Positions 25,577-37,600 of a stretch of DNA of 64,000 nucleotides are shown piece by piece (the first letter of the stretch is position 1; each line of letters begins with the position of its first letter). Origin of the DNA: Lama guanicoe (lineage: Eukaryota); contig MU053588.1 in the NCBI GenBank assembly GCA_013239625.1, positions 3,748,799-3,812,798 of the forward strand. The letters are read 5' to 3'. The translations under genes and the position numbers were made by a program. The notes beneath the pieces are model-generated. The model saw only the letters and a list, made by a program, of their open reading frames with translations. It made no database searches and was not told where the DNA came from.

Positions 25577-25884
25577 CATGTAAAGCAAGGAGAGAGAAGA
25601 TCCCAGTCAGGGAACACCCAGCCTTTTTCTTTTCTAGCAGCCCGACTCTGGTCTCAGACTTCAGCCTTTCACTTTGTCCCCTCTTGCGTTCTCGGGTATC
25701 ACTCCCAAGCACCTAGAAATCTGCCGCCCATGCCCTATTCCCCAGGGACCCTGGAATCGTGTTTGCTCTCTTTCAGGGCATTTCCCTTTCCGCTTCAAAA
25801 ACTGAGAATTCGGCCTCCAGCCCCTTCCTCCCTCAGGGACACAGATTTTTTTAATCCTTCACTCCTTCCTTCCAAATCACCAAC

Positions 25885-26031
25885 CGAGCAGACAGCCGGC
25901 ACACGGGAGAGCGCAGTCAGCAGCCGATCAGCCGATGAGAAGCCCCGCCCCTGGGGTCTGAGAACGGAGGCCGAAGAGGCTAGAAAGCCGTGATTTGGGG
26001 ACGCCCAGACGCTTTCCGGGGGCTCTAATCT
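25885..26031 (-). other. IRGQ: Putative non-coding exon 1 (5' UTR) of IRGQ
   Basis: On the minus strand it begins at an Inr-like TCAGATT and ends at a donor TCG|GTTGGT. An identical copy is fused to CT-ATG at 25430-25576. Confidence 0.7.
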
Positions 26032-26650
26032 GACGTCATTCTTTTTAGGAGGGGGTGTGACTTGGAAGCGTGACCTCGGGGACATGGCCCTTTACAGCGC
26101 CTGCGCAGAACGGCCGAAGGGCGCTCTCTGTACGGGGCCTTAAACAATGAAGGAGCCACAGCGCGTGCGCGCCAGGAGCACCTACCACACTTGCGCAAAA
26201 CGCTTAGGACTGTACGGCACGGGTGGCTTGCAACGTCATCATTACGCACCCCAGTGCAGAGAAGGACCCCTCCCGTTATTTTTGAGGGCCGGGCTGGCGC
26301 TACTTCATCACCGCCGGATGGCAATCCGGGATCTCCGCTTCAAAAGTCTCATCAGGCGGAAGGCCTTGGAAACCACCTGAGACTCGGTGGGCCCCACCTC
26401 GCTTCCCTTCGGGTGACGGCGCTGAGACGAGCGACTGACAGGCGCAACGAAAGGCAGTCCCCTGCTGTCCGGAGAAAAGCGGAGGCCTGAGCCACCCGCC
26501 TTGGCAGGGAGCAGAGGGCAATGCCTGGGGCAGCGGGATACACCGGCTGAAACCGCGCTTGGGAAGCGGGAGCTTTGGGTGGTACAAGAGTTTCGGGATG
26601 TCAAAGGAAGATGTCTCCTGGGAAGAGGCAGGCTAAAGCGTGGGTACCAC
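26031..26650. promoter_or_regulatory. Bidirectional CpG-island promoter of IRGQ and ZNF576
   Basis: CpG-rich region between divergent genes. Full CRE palindrome TGACGTCA at 26031-26038. Confidence 0.75.
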
Positions 26651-27048
26651 TACCTGCCTCAAGACACGTGGGAGAAAAGGGGATGAGGCTGTGTCAAAGA
26701 TGAAGAGTCCCGCGCTCGGAGTTCAGGGAGTTTAATGAAGAAAGCATAGGTCAGAGGTCTCACGCAAGTAAGAAGACTCTAAGGGGAGCCACAAACCCGG
26801 GGAGTCTTAATCTTTTGGGAGGATTGAATCTCCTCTAGTGAGTACTCTATCAGGTTAAAATCCAAGGAGATGGTATCATGGGGGTCAAAGGCTGGAAAGG
26901 AGAGCCAGTCAAAGGTCATAAGATTAGTGGGCCCTCTAAAGCCGGCTGCGACGAGCAACTTCACTTGATTTACTATTATGTCCTGCGTGCTCTTCTCTTG
27001 ACCAGAGGTGTCCCAGTCACCACGGAGGACCCGCACCCCAAAGAGACC

Positions 27049-29172
27049 ATGGAGCAGCAGGATTCGTCCAAGGAAAGAAGTCTCCAAAGTCCAGGAGGCG
27101 GCATCTGTGAGTACTGCCGACCAGAGGAGGGTGGGGTGCAGGAGCTGAAGCTAAAAGGATTACTAGAGCATTTCAGTGTCCAAGGCGTTGACAGGACTTG
27201 CCTGTTGGGAAGGAGCTGTAATGGCCCCCGAGCTGCCCTCCCAGAAGCTGTTCCTCCCCCACTTTTACCCTTAACTACTCTCAGACATACTCCCTCTGCA
27301 CTGTCCACATAAGCATGAAGGGGATGCAATTCAGAGGCACTGAGCAGCATCCAGAGAGACTTAGGGTGGGAGAGGTGGCTGGGAAAGGGCAGAGAGCCCC
27401 AATCCCAACTCTGCCCCAGACTTTCAGTGTGACTTGGGCCTCTGTTTCTCTATCTGTTAAAAGGGGTTGGCACTATTCCCCTCACAGGGCTGGTGTGAGG
27501 ACTAACGGCAGAAAAATGGAAAGCTTGATGTTTATGAAAGTAGCCAGTTAGACACAGGAAAAATGCAACAGCTTTTACTGAATGCTTATTATGTGCTAGG
27601 CACATTCTAAGAGTTTAACATTTGTTATCCAGTCCTTGCAGACCCTCTGTAATTGATAATTAGCACTTTCAGATGATGGGACTGAGGCAAAGAGAGGTTA
27701 AATATTTGTAACAATGAGAACCACAGTGTCAATGCTCTCCAGCCAAAGATCACCAGGGACATACCTGGAGTTGGAACAAGCTGGGTTTACTGCTCACTGC
27801 GTTGAGGAAGCACACACACCATGGGGCATCTCAGTAATAAGGATTTATTACAGGATTTGGGTTTGTGGTAGGCGATTTGGGGAAAGGTTCAAGAAAGGGG
27901 TTTTACTCTGGATGGATGCTGCCAGGAAGTGGGGGCAATTATGTGGCTGGCTGTCTCAATAAATCTTACCTAGAAGGAGGGAGGAACAAAGCACAGCCCA
28001 AGCTGCTTAGTAAAGCAGCAACCGGCACGGCACGCATATTAGCCAGGACAGGTGGGTGTTTGGCCATTTTTGTGGTTTGGACAGTGTTCACGTTTGTCTG
28101 TGTACAGATGGCATTATGGTGTGGTCTTGTCTTGACTCACCTCAGTCACAGTACGGCCTTGTCTGATGATGTTCTGTGAAACTGTTTATGTTCAGCAGGA
28201 GAACGCCAAGGCCCAGATCTGAGTGCCAGGCCAGCTCTGGCTGTGGGGCTGCTTTTCTCTCTCTCAGCAATAATTATTGCAAACCACTGTGTAGCACTGT
28301 TCTAAGCACTTTGTATAAGTTAATTCATTTGTTCCTTCCAACAGCCCTATGAAGTAGATAAAACAGTGTTTTCCAGGTGAAAACACTGTTTTTACTTGCC
28401 CAGGAAGCCACAGAACTGGCATTCAGTTCCAGGCAGTCTGGCTCCAGAGGCTGTGCCCTAATCACATGGCCCTGTGGGAAGGGCAGACTCCTGGGTTCCA
28501 GACCTGACTCCACTATTTCATTTCCTAGCTTTGTGACTGTCCACCAGGGCCTAACCTTTTTGAGCCTCAGTCTGCTCATCTGTAAAACAGGTCCAATAAT
28601 AGTTTGCCTGTACTGCTGTCCAGCGCTGACATAGCGTCTGGCACATAGTAAGCACCGCATGTTCATTGCTGGCATGATTCTGGGGCTGGCAGAGGTCCTG
28701 GAGACTCCTGCTGGCCTCCTTCAACCTCTTCCCACGTCCTTTAGGCCACCTGGGGGCCCTGCAGTGCACCCGCTGCCTCATCACCTTCGCCGATTCCAAG
28801 TTCCAGGAGCGTCACATGAAGCGGGAGCACCCAGCGGACTTCGTGGCCCAGAAGCTGCAGGGGGTCCTCTTCATCTGCTTCACCTGCGCCCGCTCTTTCC
28901 CCTCCTCCAAGGCCCTGATCGCCCACCAGCGCAGCCACGGTCCAGCCGCCAGACCCTCCCAGTCAGCTGCACCCACCACCACCCAGCCCACCTTCCCCTG
29001 TCCTGACTGTGGCAAGACCTTTGGGCAGGCTGCTTCTCTGAGGCGGCACCGCCAGGTGCACGAGGCCCGTGCCTCCCCTGGCCCCTTCGCCTGCACTGAG
29101 TGTGGTCAGGACTTTACCCAGGAAGCAGGGCTGCATCAACACTACATCCGGCATGCCCGGGGGGAGCTCTGA
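27049..29172 (+). CDS. ZNF576: Zinc finger protein 576 (C2H2); 161 aa from ATG 27049, or 170 aa if initiated at ACG 27022
   Basis: Exons 27022/27049-27106 and 28745-29172, GT-AG phase 1. Reads ...CTRCLITFADSKFQERHMKREH...CFTC...CPDC...CTEC...HYIRHARGEL*. AATAAA at 29832-29837. Confidence 0.95.
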
Positions 29173-32100
29173 GTGTGGCTGAAGCCCTACTCAGGGCCGT
29201 AGGGACTGTGGCTGGTGGGACCCACCTCTGATACGGGATAGGAGCCTCAGGGATTTGCTTCCCCCCCTGGAAAGGCAAAGGGCTCCTGATAAATAGGACT
29301 CAGAAGATGCTCATTTAGAGCTTTAGTCTTTGGAGGACAAAAAGCCTTCAGGGAAACAGTAAAATCAAACAATAGTAAGACCTTTTGTTTAAAACAAAAT
29401 TAACAAGAAAGGGAAAACTGTTATTCGTATCTCCCTCATTCCCAGTTAAATAGTTTGAAATTGCGACTAGCTGCAGATTGTGTAATCACCATTAATTTTT
29501 CCCAGATGGATGCAACGGGGCTTTAAGAGCAAACTGCCCTGGATTTGTGCCTGAAAGGGGGCAGGGAGAGTGAGGTATTGCTGGCCTGTAATGCCATGAC
29601 TGGGTCCCAGACGCGGAGCAGCCTGGGCCTTTGGAGATGGGGCAGCAAAATCGGAAGCTGTACTCTGAATTTGCGGGGGTTGCAATTCGATGGTCTCTTC
29701 CTGCTTCCTGCCAGGCTTTCCCACACAAGGAGGGGCCATGGCATTGGATGGCTTTGCCTTCTTCATTTAAATAATTTTATGTACCATTCTGGTCATGGAA
29801 TATTTTTTATATGTGTAGGTGAGATGGCATGAATAAACAGAAATAGTATCTAAAAACATAAAAGGTCCATATTAAAATGTCTAAACAAGGAACTCTGGCT
29901 TTTGAGCAGGAATTTCCAGAGAACATAAGGGCGCAGGGAGTGGGGAGTTTAGGGCAGAGCTGGCCTGGCTCTGTGGGGAAACTGGTTTGGAGTCAAACAG
30001 AGACACCTTCTGCTTCCTGTTGTATTTGGCCAACACTGGGAGGTATCCCATTAAGATCCTATTTTCAGCTCTTGAAAGGCCCAACCCTGGGCTGGGTTCC
30101 ACTGGGCCAGTTTTACTCCCTCACATTACCTGCCCGGCCCCTAGAGACAGCAGCCGATGCCTTGCATACAGCAATCATAGGCTCTGTTTGAACGGAGTAT
30201 TTTGAAAGGCCACAGGTGAGATGGATGTGGCAGAGACTGAGCTATCTCCCAATGTTTAGCCAGGCACATGGTGGCTACAAAGACTACATTTCCCAGATTC
30301 CCTTGCAGCTACATGTGGCCATGTGACTGAGTTCTGACTAAATTCCTAGGTAGAGTCTTCAAGCTTCAGAAAGGAACTTGCCTTCCCTTCACCTTCCTGC
30401 CTGGAAAGTGAACATGGTATCCAGCCATCGTGAACTATGAGAGCAACCACAGGATGGCAGAGCAACAAGACAGCAGGAGGCTGGGTCAGCTATCACTGCT
30501 GCCCCCTCACCAGTCTCTCTACAACGGACAACTCCCTGTGTGTATGTAAATCAGCTTACATCAATCATTTAAAACCCTCCAATGGCATCCCATAAATAAC
30601 ATCCAAAGAACTTACCTGGGCCCACAAAACCCAATAGTGACTGGGTCCCAGCTCACTATGAAATCTCAGCTCCCTTTCTGTCATCTTCACTACACTCCAG
30701 CCGCACGTGCCAGGCGGGCTTTTGCCTTTCCTGCTTACACAGAACTTTGCAAGGCTACCTCCTCGTTATTCAGGTCTCAACACCTGCTACCTCAAGGAGG
30801 TCTTCCTTGGCTAAAACAGCACTACCAACCCTCACTCTGATGTACTTTCTTCCTAGAATTCTCCAACACCTGGAATTACCACTCTTGTTTATGTCATCAT
30901 CTGTGTCCTTCCTTTGAAATCCAAGCCCCTGAGAGCAAGTGTGGTGTCTTCCTCACTGCTTCCTCCCCAGAACCTGGGACAGCGCTTACTGTGGCGGCTC
31001 AAAAAATAACTCCTTGACTGTGCCCAGCTGTTTACCTAGCTCAGCCTCAGCCCACCATTCCACACTGCTCTGGGATGCTGGGCCTGCTACAACTATGCTT
31101 CCCAGACTCCCCGGACAGCTGGTTTCCTTAAGTTCTTCCCACAAAAGGTATGGGCAGAAGGAAGGTTGGAAGAGGGGGGAAGGGCCTCACCTTGCCTTGG
31201 GCTGTTGCTGGAACCCCTCCAGCAGCAGTTCAGGCTCCTTTCTATACTCGGCACAAGGTTCTTGCAGCAGCTTTGTGGCACCTTGTCCCTGGTCCCTGCA
31301 CCAGCCGCACGTGGCCCATCCTCCAAGCTCCCACTGGGTTCTGGTCGTTGCATTCTTTTTCTGTACCCCAGTCCTACAGGTGGGAGCTTCTTGCAGACAC
31401 TAATTTCTCGGTTACCTGACTTTTCCACATTTGTGCTTTTAGCCTTCTAATACCTCTGTAACCAATTTCCGGTACTGAATCCTCTTTGGAATTCCTAGTG
31501 TGGTTTCCATATACTGACTGGGCCCTGAAGAACTGAACGACCCCACTGGCAGCAGACCAGGTGTCTTGATCCCTAGTCTCTCGTGATCCTTACGAACTTT
31601 TATGATGAATGGGTAATTCCCTACATCTGTGCTTAGAAAACCCTAAGGCAGAAGAGGGTTTAGGCATGCTGCCCCAGGAAATAAAATCCATCAGTGTGGT
31701 TTTAACGAGCTGTGAATTTCTGCTTTGACAATTCTGAGATTCAGCGATGCTCAGCTATAGCACTTAGGAAAGTCTCAAAGAGTGGATTAATGTCACATTC
31801 TGAGATTCTGAGCTTCTAGGATGAAAAGCATGGGTTGTAAAAGATGCTGTGGTCTAAGGTCCTGTAACAGGTGTCAAAATGCAAATGCTCTTTGGGGCAA
31901 ACAGGGTGTGAGGGGTCCAGATGCCAGACAGTGGGGACTGGGCATGTGGGACAGAATGGCCCATTAATAGTTCATGACCCCCGACTCAGCTCCTGCAAAC
32001 CACTGCCCCGTGGGATTGAGGGTTCAGCAACTGATTGCACAGAGAACCCAGAAACTGCCATTTTTATGTCAAATCTGCCCATTTTTTGTTGGTAACTAAT

Positions 32101-32646
32101 GTGATTTTAAAAACCTCAGTAATTCTTGTGACCACATATACTCCTGCGCATCAGATGGTGGCTGTGGACAGCCACTTATGGTGTGTGGCTTAGTGGCTAA
32201 GATTGTGTGCCCTGTATCCAGCTGTCTGGGTTCAAACCTGTGCTCTGCTGCTTCCTAGCTGTGTGACCTCTAGCAGATTATTCAAGCTCTCTGTGCCCTG
32301 GTTACAGCAGGTGTAAAATGGTCATGATAATAGCCCCTACGCCTCTAAGGATTATGCCAATGACTCAGACTCAGAGAGAAAGCCGAAGTGGGAATAATAG
32401 CCTATACAACTTGGCCCTCTTCCCCTCTGTCCTTCCCCTCCCACCAGTCTTCCCCCTGCCTTCCTCAGCAACAGCCTCGTGGCCCTGAGTACGCTCCCAC
32501 AAACATTCTAAGCAGCCTCCCACCTCAGGGCCTTTGCACTCGCTGTGCCCACAGACAGCCACGTGGCCTACTCCCCTTCCTTTAGGTCTCTGCTCTGATG
32601 TCACCTTCTTAGTGAAGTCTTCCCTGACTACACCACTTGAAACTGC

Positions 32647-32648
<2 letters not shown>

Positions 32649-32677
<29 letters not shown>
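32649..32677. repeat. (CA)n microsatellite
   Basis: About 14 CA units. Confidence 0.95.
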
Positions 32678-32680
<3 letters not shown>

Positions 32681-34637
32681 CCTCCCCACCCCCTCCCCTT
32701 TGCCTCCACAGTACTTACAACCTTCTAACATTCCATTCATTATATATATTTTACTTAAATGTTTAACTACCTGTTTTCCTCTTTATAATACAACCTCCAC
32801 AAAGGCAGGGATTATTGTTCACTGTTTTCACCACTCTATCCCCAGCTCCCCAAATAGTGCCTGCATCTCCCAGGTGCTCAATAGACCACCGTTGAATGAA
32901 TGAGTAAGTAACAGTCCCTACCTCACAAGGATCCGACGTGATTGTCCATATACAGTTCTTAGCCCAGGGCCTGGTCCGCTGTGAGCGCTGACTTAATGAT
33001 GGCCATTACGGTAATTCAGGTTCTATTCTTGAAGGTTCTTAGTTGCCAAGCTTCTATGAGTTAACACACGTAAAGCGCCTTAGAGCCTGGCACACAGTAA
33101 ATGCTCAGTAAATGGTAGCTATTATAATAATTAGGCTTCTATTTTCAAAGAAGCTTTGGTGCCAAGCTTCTGCGGAGTAGTACCTCCCATCTCAGAGTGG
33201 GAGCCAATGTTTCAAGAAGGCTGTAATGAGCTGGCTCTCTGCTCCCCTCTGGCCTCACTGCTCTAGCTCTGCCACCTTTGCCTCTCCGGCCCCTCTGGCC
33301 TTGACCGGGGGAGCAGGCTCCTGCCTCCCCCCACCTGCTGTGCATGGCTGGCTCCCTCCCTCCCCCTTTCAGGTCTCTGCTTAGGTCTCTGTCACCTCCT
33401 TAGGGAGGACAACACTATTTAAAATTGTACCCTCTTCCAGGACTGTTCCCCTTTCTCTGCTTTATTTATCTCCACAGTATTTACCACCATCCAGCATAGG
33501 CAACGTCTTACTTATTTACCATCTGTCCCCACCAGTGGCCCCTTCCTCCATGGAAGCTTCATGAAGACAAGGAATTTTTTCCTTCACTGGTGTATTCCCA
33601 GTGCTTAGCACACAGCAAGGACTCAAAAAATACTTGTTAAATGAACTAACGGATCACAGTCCCTATCTTGCAGAGTTATTCTAAGGACCTGATGATCTCA
33701 TGCAAATCAAATGCAGCACTCTGGAAGTGCTGGGAAATGGCAACTGCAATTATAATTAAGGTTCTATTTTTGTAAGTTCCTAGATGCACAACTTCTATGA
33801 GTCAATATATATAAAGCTCTTGGACTGGCACTTGGCACCCAGGAAGCGCTCAGAAAGCACAGCTATGATTATAATTAAAGTCCTCTTTGTGATGGTTCTT
33901 AGACGAAGTGGCAGAGAGCACTAGCTGTCTTCCACAAATTCTTTTCTGCTTTCTGGGCACTTGGCTAGGCTGCCTTTCCCAGGCTCCCTTGCAGGGAGCT
34001 GTGGCCATGTGACTAGTCTCTCAGCAAAAGAAGGGAAATGGAAGCAGTGTGCGCCACGTCCGGGCTGGGCTTCTAGAGAATGTGCGTACCTCTCTGGGCT
34101 CTCTTTTCCTCTTCTACAGGCAGAACCCAGCCATAACCATGTGAATGACAAAAGGCTCACAGGATGGCCTGGGTCCTCAAATCACCGTATGGAACCTGTC
34201 CACCTGGAACACCCACCCTGAACTATTGTGTGAACGAGAAACAAAATTCTGTTGTGTCTGACCCAGTACATCATGGGGTCTGTGATTAAATACAAGGAAA
34301 CCGCGTTGAACACATGCACTTAGGTAATGTTAATTACCTTGGCAACAATGATCCTAAGGTTTCCCAAGAAGGGGCCTGGGGAGGGTGAGATAAATGCCCA
34401 GGCACATGCCTCACATGTACATACACACACATATATGCACACACACCAAACACACCCTGGACTGACACACACAGAGTTTGGCTTTTATTCTGTCCTTCAC
34501 ACATCTACTGCTAAGACGACACAGATTGGCAGGACCCCATCCCTATGACCACTGCGACCACCCCAATGTCCTCAGCCCCCTTCTCCCGCCCCACCCACCC
34601 CAACCCTTCTGCCAAGCTTCCTGGGTAGAGGCCCTGC

Positions 34638-37600
34638 CTACACCTCACCCCGGGCATGCAGCATGAAGTGCCCATGCAGCTCCCCGAGGTTGTCGAAGGA
34701 ATCCTCACACTCCGTACAGTGGTAAGTGCCCTCCTCCTCCTCTTCCTCCTCCTCCTCCTCCCTCCCGGCTGGTTGGCCCTCCCCAGCCCGAGGTGGCTCC
34801 TCCTCTTCCTCCCCAAGGGCCCTGCTTTCAGGGGCTGGCGCATCCTGGGGGGCTGTAGCAGGGCAGCAGAGCCGGCAAGGTGGGGTGCCTGGGGGGGCTT
34901 CCCCAAGGGGTGAGCGGCCACAGAGCTGGCAGGGCTGGGCTGGGGGGCCCGGGAGCTGGGCGGCACGGGGGGCCCGGCGGGATGGGCCCCCCCGGCCCCC
35001 CCCCAGGCGCTGCTTCACCTTGTAGCCAGGGTCATATTCAGGATCGTCAGTGGTCTCCTCCTCCTCCTCCTCCTCATCTTCTTCCTCTTCGGAGTCCGGC
35101 TCTGAGAGAGTGTATTCGGAGTCAGAGGAATGCTCTGGGCCTATAGGGGATGGATGAGGAAAGATGGTGGCCTCAGAGGACACAGGGCTGTGCCTGGCTG
35201 TCGCCTCCCGGAGTCCGGTTCAGACTCGCCACGGTATGGAGAGGGTAGCCCGGCCACAACCCTCTTCTTCCCACAGATGACTCCCCATCTCACAAAACAG
35301 AGCCCGGCACACAGCACAGGCTCAGTATCGAGGTGTCAAGCAACTGAACATCTTCAAGAACTGCATCCTGGGGGTTTAAAAAGAACAAAGTAGGAGAAGT
35401 AGGAACAATAAAAATGACAACAGTGTCCACTGCTATTTCAAGAACCCTATTTTTTATATATTAACTCAACTAATCCTCACAACAACCCTGAAGGAGGTAT
35501 TATTATTATCCCTAAGTGACAAATGGGGAAACCGAGACACAGAGAGGTTAGGTGACTCACTCACCTCCAGTCACACAACTCTAATAGGGAAAGCTAAATA
35601 CGGTGATGGCCTACACGGGATCTTATTTTTTAAACTAAAGGTGTACAACTAAGCGATTCACTTACACATACATAAGTATAAAAATATGTATTCTTTTTCA
35701 GATTCTTTTCCATTATAGTTTATTATAAGATGTTGAATATAGTTCCCTGTGCTATACAGTAGGGCCTTGTTGTTTATATATTTTATATACAGTAGTGTTA
35801 TACATAGTAGTTATACTATTTTATACCTATATTAGCAGATATATAGTATATCTGCTAGTCCCAAACTCCTAATTTATCCCTTCCCACCTTTCCCTTTTGG
35901 TAACCTTAAGTTTGTTTTCTATCTTAAAGTGGATCAATTTAGACAAACATTGGAACAGATATTTAAGCAAATTAAAACACATACATATATATACACATTT
36001 TGATAAATGTGGCTTTATAAATATAAATGTATAATTAAGTGAGTTAAAATATTTACTTGTAAGTATAGATATATTACTGTGATTTCATGGGTATGAAGAA
36101 CATGCCTCATACAAGTTTAGGTTAAAAAAAGGAAAAAAATATACAGTCAATGTACAGGAAAGGGTGACACGAGCAGCTGTTAAAGGGGGTGCGGACATGA
36201 GCAGCAGGGTGGGAAGATACCACTTCTTCAAGCTTGGAGGCAGGAGCCTGCCAAAAGCATGTCCTAGGACTGCAACAGCCTCGCCCTCCATCTATCTGGC
36301 CCCGCTCCCTCAGTTTCCGTGGGCAACCCACAGGGACCCTGTTACAACTGAGCCAGCCACACAGGCTCTGCGTGTCCCTTGACACCCCAGGAAGGCACCC
36401 GCCTCAGGGCCTTGGCCATCCTGTCTGCAGAGGGACTAAGGCTTGATCCCTCCTCTCTGCTGTGTCTTTGCTCATGTGTCACCTCAGTGAAACCCTGGCC
36501 ATCTGTCTAACCAGCAAACTCTATGCCCCTAAATCTGCTTTATTGTTCTCCTCGGTTTATTGTATACAACACCTGCTTGTGTGTTTATTGCCTGTCCCCA
36601 AAAGCAGGGACTTCATCTTGTTCATTACTGTGCCCCTAGCATCTAGAACACTTTGCACCTGGCATTCAATTTGAGAAATCTTTTCTGAGGTTTTCACACA
36701 TGCCATCCCCTCTGCTAGGAACATCTCCTGTTATCCTTTAGGACCCAATAGGAGGCCTTCCTCCCTGGTGAGGGCATCCCAGATCTCCTAATCCCAAGTC
36801 ACTTTCTTTTGCCCGTCAGCTATCCTAGCCCCAAGTCCTCAGGGCTGTGCCCTTCCAAAGTCCTTTCCTCACTAGACCAGCAGGCTGGCCTGCTCTGACT
36901 CATTGTTGGGTCCCCAGCATCACCCAGCTCAGAAGAATAGGTTATGGTTGCTGAATGTCCTTCCCTGCAGCTTCCTCTGTCTCTTACTTGTTCCTGTCCT
37001 GCTGTCTCTGCCATTGAACAAATATTTCCTAAGGCCTTAGCATGGGCTAGTCCCTCTGACTGGAATGCTGTTCCCTACTCTGCCTGGTAACCTCCTACTC
37101 ATCATTCAGGATCCAGCACAGGGCCTGTCCTCTATGAAATTACCCCTGATGTCCCTAGAGGTCTCTCCCCTGTTCCCTTTACTCTGGATCCATTTCCTTG
37201 TCACTGTCCTAATGGCTGTAGCCATCTGGGCCCCAGAATGTCTCCCCCATCAGGCTGGGAACCCCTCAAGAGCAGGTCTGACTCGTCTCACTGTTGAGTT
37301 GAATGAACACCGGTGGCCCCAAGGCCTTGCTTTCCCTCCTCCAGGTCTTTGCCCCTGTACTTCTCCCACCTGGGGCGACCTCTTCCTTCTCCACTAGCAA
37401 ACTCCTGCTCCTCTTTAAGGGCCTAGCTCCATGTCACCTTCTCTGTGAGGTCCTCCCTGACTGCCCAGGTGGTCAGTGTTTCTCTCGTCTAGGCTTTCCC
37501 TGCCCCCTAATATGTTCTGACTGCCTGGGCAGTGATGGTCTGGGTCTAGACTGGAGACTCCTGGCAGGCAGGACCTGGGTCTGACCCATCTCTGTGTCTC

